64,000 bases of DNA from Guillardia theta CCMP2712 (Eukaryota; Protista; Cryptophyta). This document shows positions 59,550 through 64,000 of this stretch, one piece after another (within the stretch, counting starts at the first letter, position 1; each line of letters starts with the position of its first letter). Under the pieces are notes generated by a model. It was given only the letters and a program-made list of their open reading frames with translations, ran no database searches and was not told the DNA's origin. Where the stretch lies: contig NW_005434642.1 in NCBI RefSeq assembly GCF_000315625.1, forward strand, positions 387,399 to 451,398, in the 5' to 3' direction. Made by a program: the position numbers and the translations under genes.

Positions 59550-62263
59550 ATGAGCCAGGATGCTGTGGTGAAGGCGGTGGAGGAATCTAGGCAGGAGCTC
59601 GATGATATCCTGCACTCGTTTGAAGCTTGGATAAACAAGAAGAAAGAAGCTCTGAATGAGATTACTGGTAAAGAATCTCCCGAGGAACTGAAGGAGAGGG
59701 TTGCCAGTATTGGGTATGACGAAGAGCTTGAAGCTGTTCTCCGGACTATCTCGTCGTTCCCATCCTCTTTGAAACATCTGTCGAACCTGTCCCGAACTAA
59801 GAACCAGATTGTTCCTTTGTCTGGACAGCAGGCGGCGGGAGCAGCTGAAGATGTGATATCAGCTGATGGAAAGCTTCTACTTCGCCGAACAACCGCTACT
59901 CAAGGAGCAGTCATCCAGCATGACTGGGCGCTCTTCGTCTGCAGGCTGTCTGACGGACTCCTGTCGCTGTATGAGTATGAGTCCAAGCCAGAGCCAAATA
60001 TCGAGATTGATCTGAGCAAGTATGTGTTCGAGTATGCCGGCGGTGAGGGAGAGAAATGCGGGCTGAAGGATTTCTACTTGAAGGAGGTCAGAGATCGCCC
60101 TTCGAACCTGATGGAGGGATCGAGTGCTCAAGAAGTCTCGAGGAGGGGGAGGTGGTGGGTTGCTGGGTTGATTCCCTTCCAGTCTTACTTCTCTGCCTCG
60201 AGCAAGGCGGGTGCTTCTGAGCAAGATCATGTCGACTTTGAGTGTGAACTGTGCTTCAGAGCAACATCGCACGAGGAAGCGAGATGGTGGCGGGATCGCC
60301 TAGAGCCCTTCCTTGCCAAGAGGAGCGAACTGGTTGCAATGGAGGGAAACGAATGTAAGGTTGGTGTTGGACCTGAAGCAACGAACGAAGTTAATATTCA
60401 AGATGTAGAGCTTGCTCTGTCTGATATCGAAAAGTTCGACGTGTGGGAAACTTGTGAGCAGCTGAAGAAACGATCCTTAATGTCACCTCAGCGGCAGAAT
60501 CTACATGATCGTTTTGTGGAGTTGTACAACCTGGACACGTCGTTGTTTGATAGACTGCTCCCTCAGTTCTGTAACTTGGTTGTCGATGCAAAGTTAAACA
60601 GTCAGAACAAGGACCTGGTGAATGCGCTAGAGGATTGGTTGCTGTGGAAAGCATCGTCGAACGTCCTGTTCGCCTGTCTACTATGTTGGTCCCTGGAGTC
60701 TTGCTCCAAATCGTATGGAGCGAGAGAAGGCAGTTTTATCTTTTCAGCCGTTACAGACAAGTCATCACGTGAGAGGCTTCAAGATTCTTATCGCCTGTTT
60801 CGCATCCATGCCGAGAATGTTTGCTTCACCGGCAAGCGCATCGGCTCCTTGCAAGCAGGACAAGTGAGACCGAACAGCGAAGTTGTCTCCGGCGAAACAG
60901 ACATGAAGGAAACCGAATCTACGAGAGAGGATGGTGAAGATCAATCAGAGCAAGGCCAGCAGCCAGAGCAAAGTCATGCAGCAGCAGCGCGGCCTATGTC
61001 AGACCCTTCTGCTGCTGAAGCTCTGGAGAGGACAAGGAGGATGAACCTGGCAAATGAGATGAGAAGGTTTGTCAGCGAGCTGTGTGCTGTCTCCTCCAAC
61101 CTCGCAGGAATCCCAAAGGACGCCAGGCCACTGAAGCTACAAGAGCTTCTGCGATCCATTCAGGACCGGCTGCCGACAGGAGCGTTCTTCCCGCTCTGTT
61201 CGTCGGGGGCAAGTTTCAGCGCGGTCATGAGCATCTTCCCCGAGGAAGCCTCTTGCTTTTCTACCTACGAGAGGGCGCCGTACGCTCTCTTCATCGAGAC
61301 CGTCGACTCTGGGATTGCTCTCGGCGATTGTTGTGCCATGTTCGGCGGCGATCCAGATGCGCTTGCCTTCATTCAACAGTTGGAACTTGACCAGGCCAGA
61401 GAGTCTGTCGAGTCGTCAACGGAAGATGTGGTCCCCACTGCAGATCTGAGCGATGCACATCAGAGCATGTCCGTGCTTGCGGTGGGTAGTGACGGCACCA
61501 ACTCGCTGCTGCTCGATGAGGTCTTCGGAGAACCTTGGGCGTTGAAGAAGCTCAAGATGAGGAGGCAGTCGCGTCTTGGAAGACATCCGTCCTGGTCACT
61601 GCATGTAATGCGTTGCTTTTCAACTTTTTCCCATCATGTGCATGCAACAAGTGACTGTGAGGTTGACAGGCTGTTATCGTCAAGTCAGGAGATGATCTTC
61701 GGCAAGAGGTTTTGTTCATCTTCCGATGCCCCACGTTGTTGATGCTGCGCTGCAGCAATTTGCAATGCAGATGATTGAAGAGATCAAGGAGATCTGGGAG
61801 GAAGATAAACTACATCTTCGTCTGAAACCTTACAAGATCGTCTCTGTGTCGGAGAACTCGGGGCTGATGGAGATGATCCCGGACACGGTCTCCCTTGCTG
61901 CTGTCCGTCGCAAGTACAGCAAGTACACATCCCTTGCAAACTTCTACCGTGAGGCTTTCGGGGAAGAAGGGACTCTCTCCCGCATCAACGCTCAGCAAAA
62001 CTTCGTCAGGAGCATGGCAGCATATTCTGTTATCTGCTACATCCTCAAGGTAACGAAGCTGGTGGACGTCCTCCTCCCCTGATGGAAGTTTGACCTCCAG
62101 GTCAAAGATCGGCACGATGGAAACATTCTGTTGCAGAGGGATGGGGGAATCGTACATGTTGACTACGGTTACATGATGGGGAAGTACATGAATGGCGTCG
62201 TTGAGGTTGAACGCGCTCCGTTCAAGCTGACTCGGGACCATGTGGAGGTCAGAAACTTCTGTC

Positions 62264-62323
<60 letters not shown>

Positions 62324-63136
62324 GCAATCATAATCATGATCATGATTATGGATATGGTGGTGGCGGCGGCGGTGGTTGTGGTGGTGGTTATGGTGGTGGT
62401 GAAGAAGAAGAAAGAAAATTTACGATTATGTTCCTGATGATGATGTGTGGTTGTTGACATCTTTCTTGTACTTGTAACTGTAACTGTACTTGTGCTTGTG
62501 CTCGACGTGTTCGATGACAACCTCAACCTCAGACCATGGGAGGAGAGCTGAGTGCGAACTTTCTTTCCTACATCTCCCTGTGCATTCAGGGGCTGCAGAG
62601 TCTTCGCAAAAATGGCAAGAGGTTAACGTCTTTGGCCAAGGGGATGCTGGTAGCTCTTCTTCCTCCTCTTTCCCCCGCTTCTCCCCCCCCCCCCTGCCCC
62701 CATCCTCCTCCTCCATCACCACCACCACCACTAGTACCTCCTCCTCCTCCTCCTCCTCCTCCTCCTCCTCCTCCTCCTCCTCCTCCTCCTCCTCCTCCTC
62801 CTCCTCCTCCTCCTCCTGACCGTTGTCTTGAAGTTTTCAGACACCAGACTTGGTTCGAGCCTGCAGTGTCTGAGCCAGCGGGAGGTGCTCGAGGTCCTTG
62901 ACTTGTCCCCTTGTGCTCCCCGTGACGTCGATTTCAGCTGGAGGAGCGGCTGGGCACGTCTCAATCCGAAAAACAGCTCGTCGAGAAATTCATCACCTTG
63001 CAGAGTCAAGCGCTCGGGAGTTGGTCAACCACGGCCTACGATCTTCTGCAGACGGTGACTGTTTGCATGACGTTGAGAGTTTGGCGATCTGACGGATCTT
63101 TCTTCGATTGCGCTTCTACAGTTTATCGGGACCTGA
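59550..63136 (+). CDS. Type III-beta-like (Pik1) phosphatidylinositol 4-kinase with N-terminal PH-like domain
   Basis: FSTYERAPY, FGEPW, IVKSGDDLRQE, QQNFVRSMAAYS, KDRHDGNIL, HVDYGY and ERAPFKLT. The 3' end is approximate. Confidence 0.9.
62264..62817. repeat. Intronic microsatellites (GAT)n, (GGT)n, (CCT)n
   Basis: Visible at 62264-62320, 62375-62400 and 62737-62817. Confidence 0.95.
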
Positions 63137-63309
63137 GGTTATGGAGCGGCAGTGAAGATTGAAGTGAACAACCAGCCGTTGACTTCAGAGTTGCTCCTGT
63201 TCATGTTCTCCTCTTTCTTCTTTGCTCCATCCCCTCTGCCCTCTACCCTCTCGTTCTTTTGTTCTCTGCTCTCTTCATTTTTGTACAAATCTCTCTTTGT
63301 ATGAATCTC

Positions 63310-64000
63310 TCAAAACAAGTCTGCGTCATGCGCTCGCCATCTGATCTGACGCCTCCGACTGTACGTCTTCGTCCACCACCTCCTCAAGTCTTCGTTCTCC
63401 TCCTCCTCCTCCTCCTCCCTCCTCCACTTCAGGTCCCTCCATCTCTGCAGCAGGCTGCGCCACACCGAAGACGTCGAGCATCTGGAGAGCAGAAAGTCAG
63501 CAAGGAAGGGAGGAGCAAGTGAATCACGTGGGAAACGTTGATGGAATGAGGATCGTTCTGCAGCTTCTCCTCGTAATCCAGCGCCTGCTCGGTGTGTGAT
63601 CACTGGAGATTTGAGATGGGGACAGACGGGAGGAAGGTGGAGTGCTAGGGATGGAGGGAGAGGAAGGGAGAGGGAGAGGGAGAGGGAGAGGGAGAGGGAG
63701 AGGGAGAGGGAGAGGGGAGAGGGCTCGGACATGGAGAGGGCTGGGAGAGGGAGAGATATAGTGACTCTAGAGGAGGAACGAAAGTTGGAGGCTGTCGCTG
63801 AATAAGCATCTAATCGATATCTAACGCCTGTTTAGGTATGAGGATGAGAACTGACCTCCAACACGCCTCACATTATGCTTCGGTTTGGTGTGTGTCTTAG
63901 AACGCCCTCGATGGCCACATGGATGCTACTCCGAGGATGCTGAACTGGACATGTGGGATGACACATGATTTAGGGTTTCCGCGTGCTGCATGCTAACAGA
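63310..64000 (-). CDS. 3' end of a hypothetical minus-strand gene running off the window
   Basis: Open exon pieces ending ...RAHDADLF*; (GAGAGG)n intron at 63668-63720. Confidence 0.35.

Overview
Gene-dense, GC-rich eukaryotic nuclear DNA with many short (about 45-60 nt) GT-AG introns carrying CTGAC/CTAAC branch-like sites, purine/pyrimidine-skewed microsatellite introns, and several proteins with a signal peptide followed by a Phe-starting transit peptide. This points to an alga with a complex red-derived plastid; the style resembles the cryptophyte Guillardia theta, which is an inference. About 23 genes are supported. Recognisable ones are a plastid NMO/FabK/FabX-family flavoprotein, VPS51, a CREC-like EF-hand protein, a C-terminal Zn2Cys6 factor visible only after splicing, a CDK-like kinase, B9D1, a fibrillin, an LRR protein, a Tat-lumen protein, site-2 protease, an IGPS pseudoenzyme, CtpA, a degenerate ABCC, an NPSN SNARE and a PH-domain PI4-kinase. 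The most unexplained structure is non-coding. (i) Oriented TACCC/CCACCC word arrays sit upstream of gene starts and never at convergent 3' junctions. (ii) CpG-rich palindromic word islands share a vocabulary (GAACTTCGGA, AGTTCAACGGTT, CCATACTAG, GAGTCA). (iii) A palindromic TGTACA recurs just after stop codons. (iv) A perfect 11 x 135-bp tandem amplification covers a convergent 3'-end junction. Exon boundaries were inferred by eye and are approximate.
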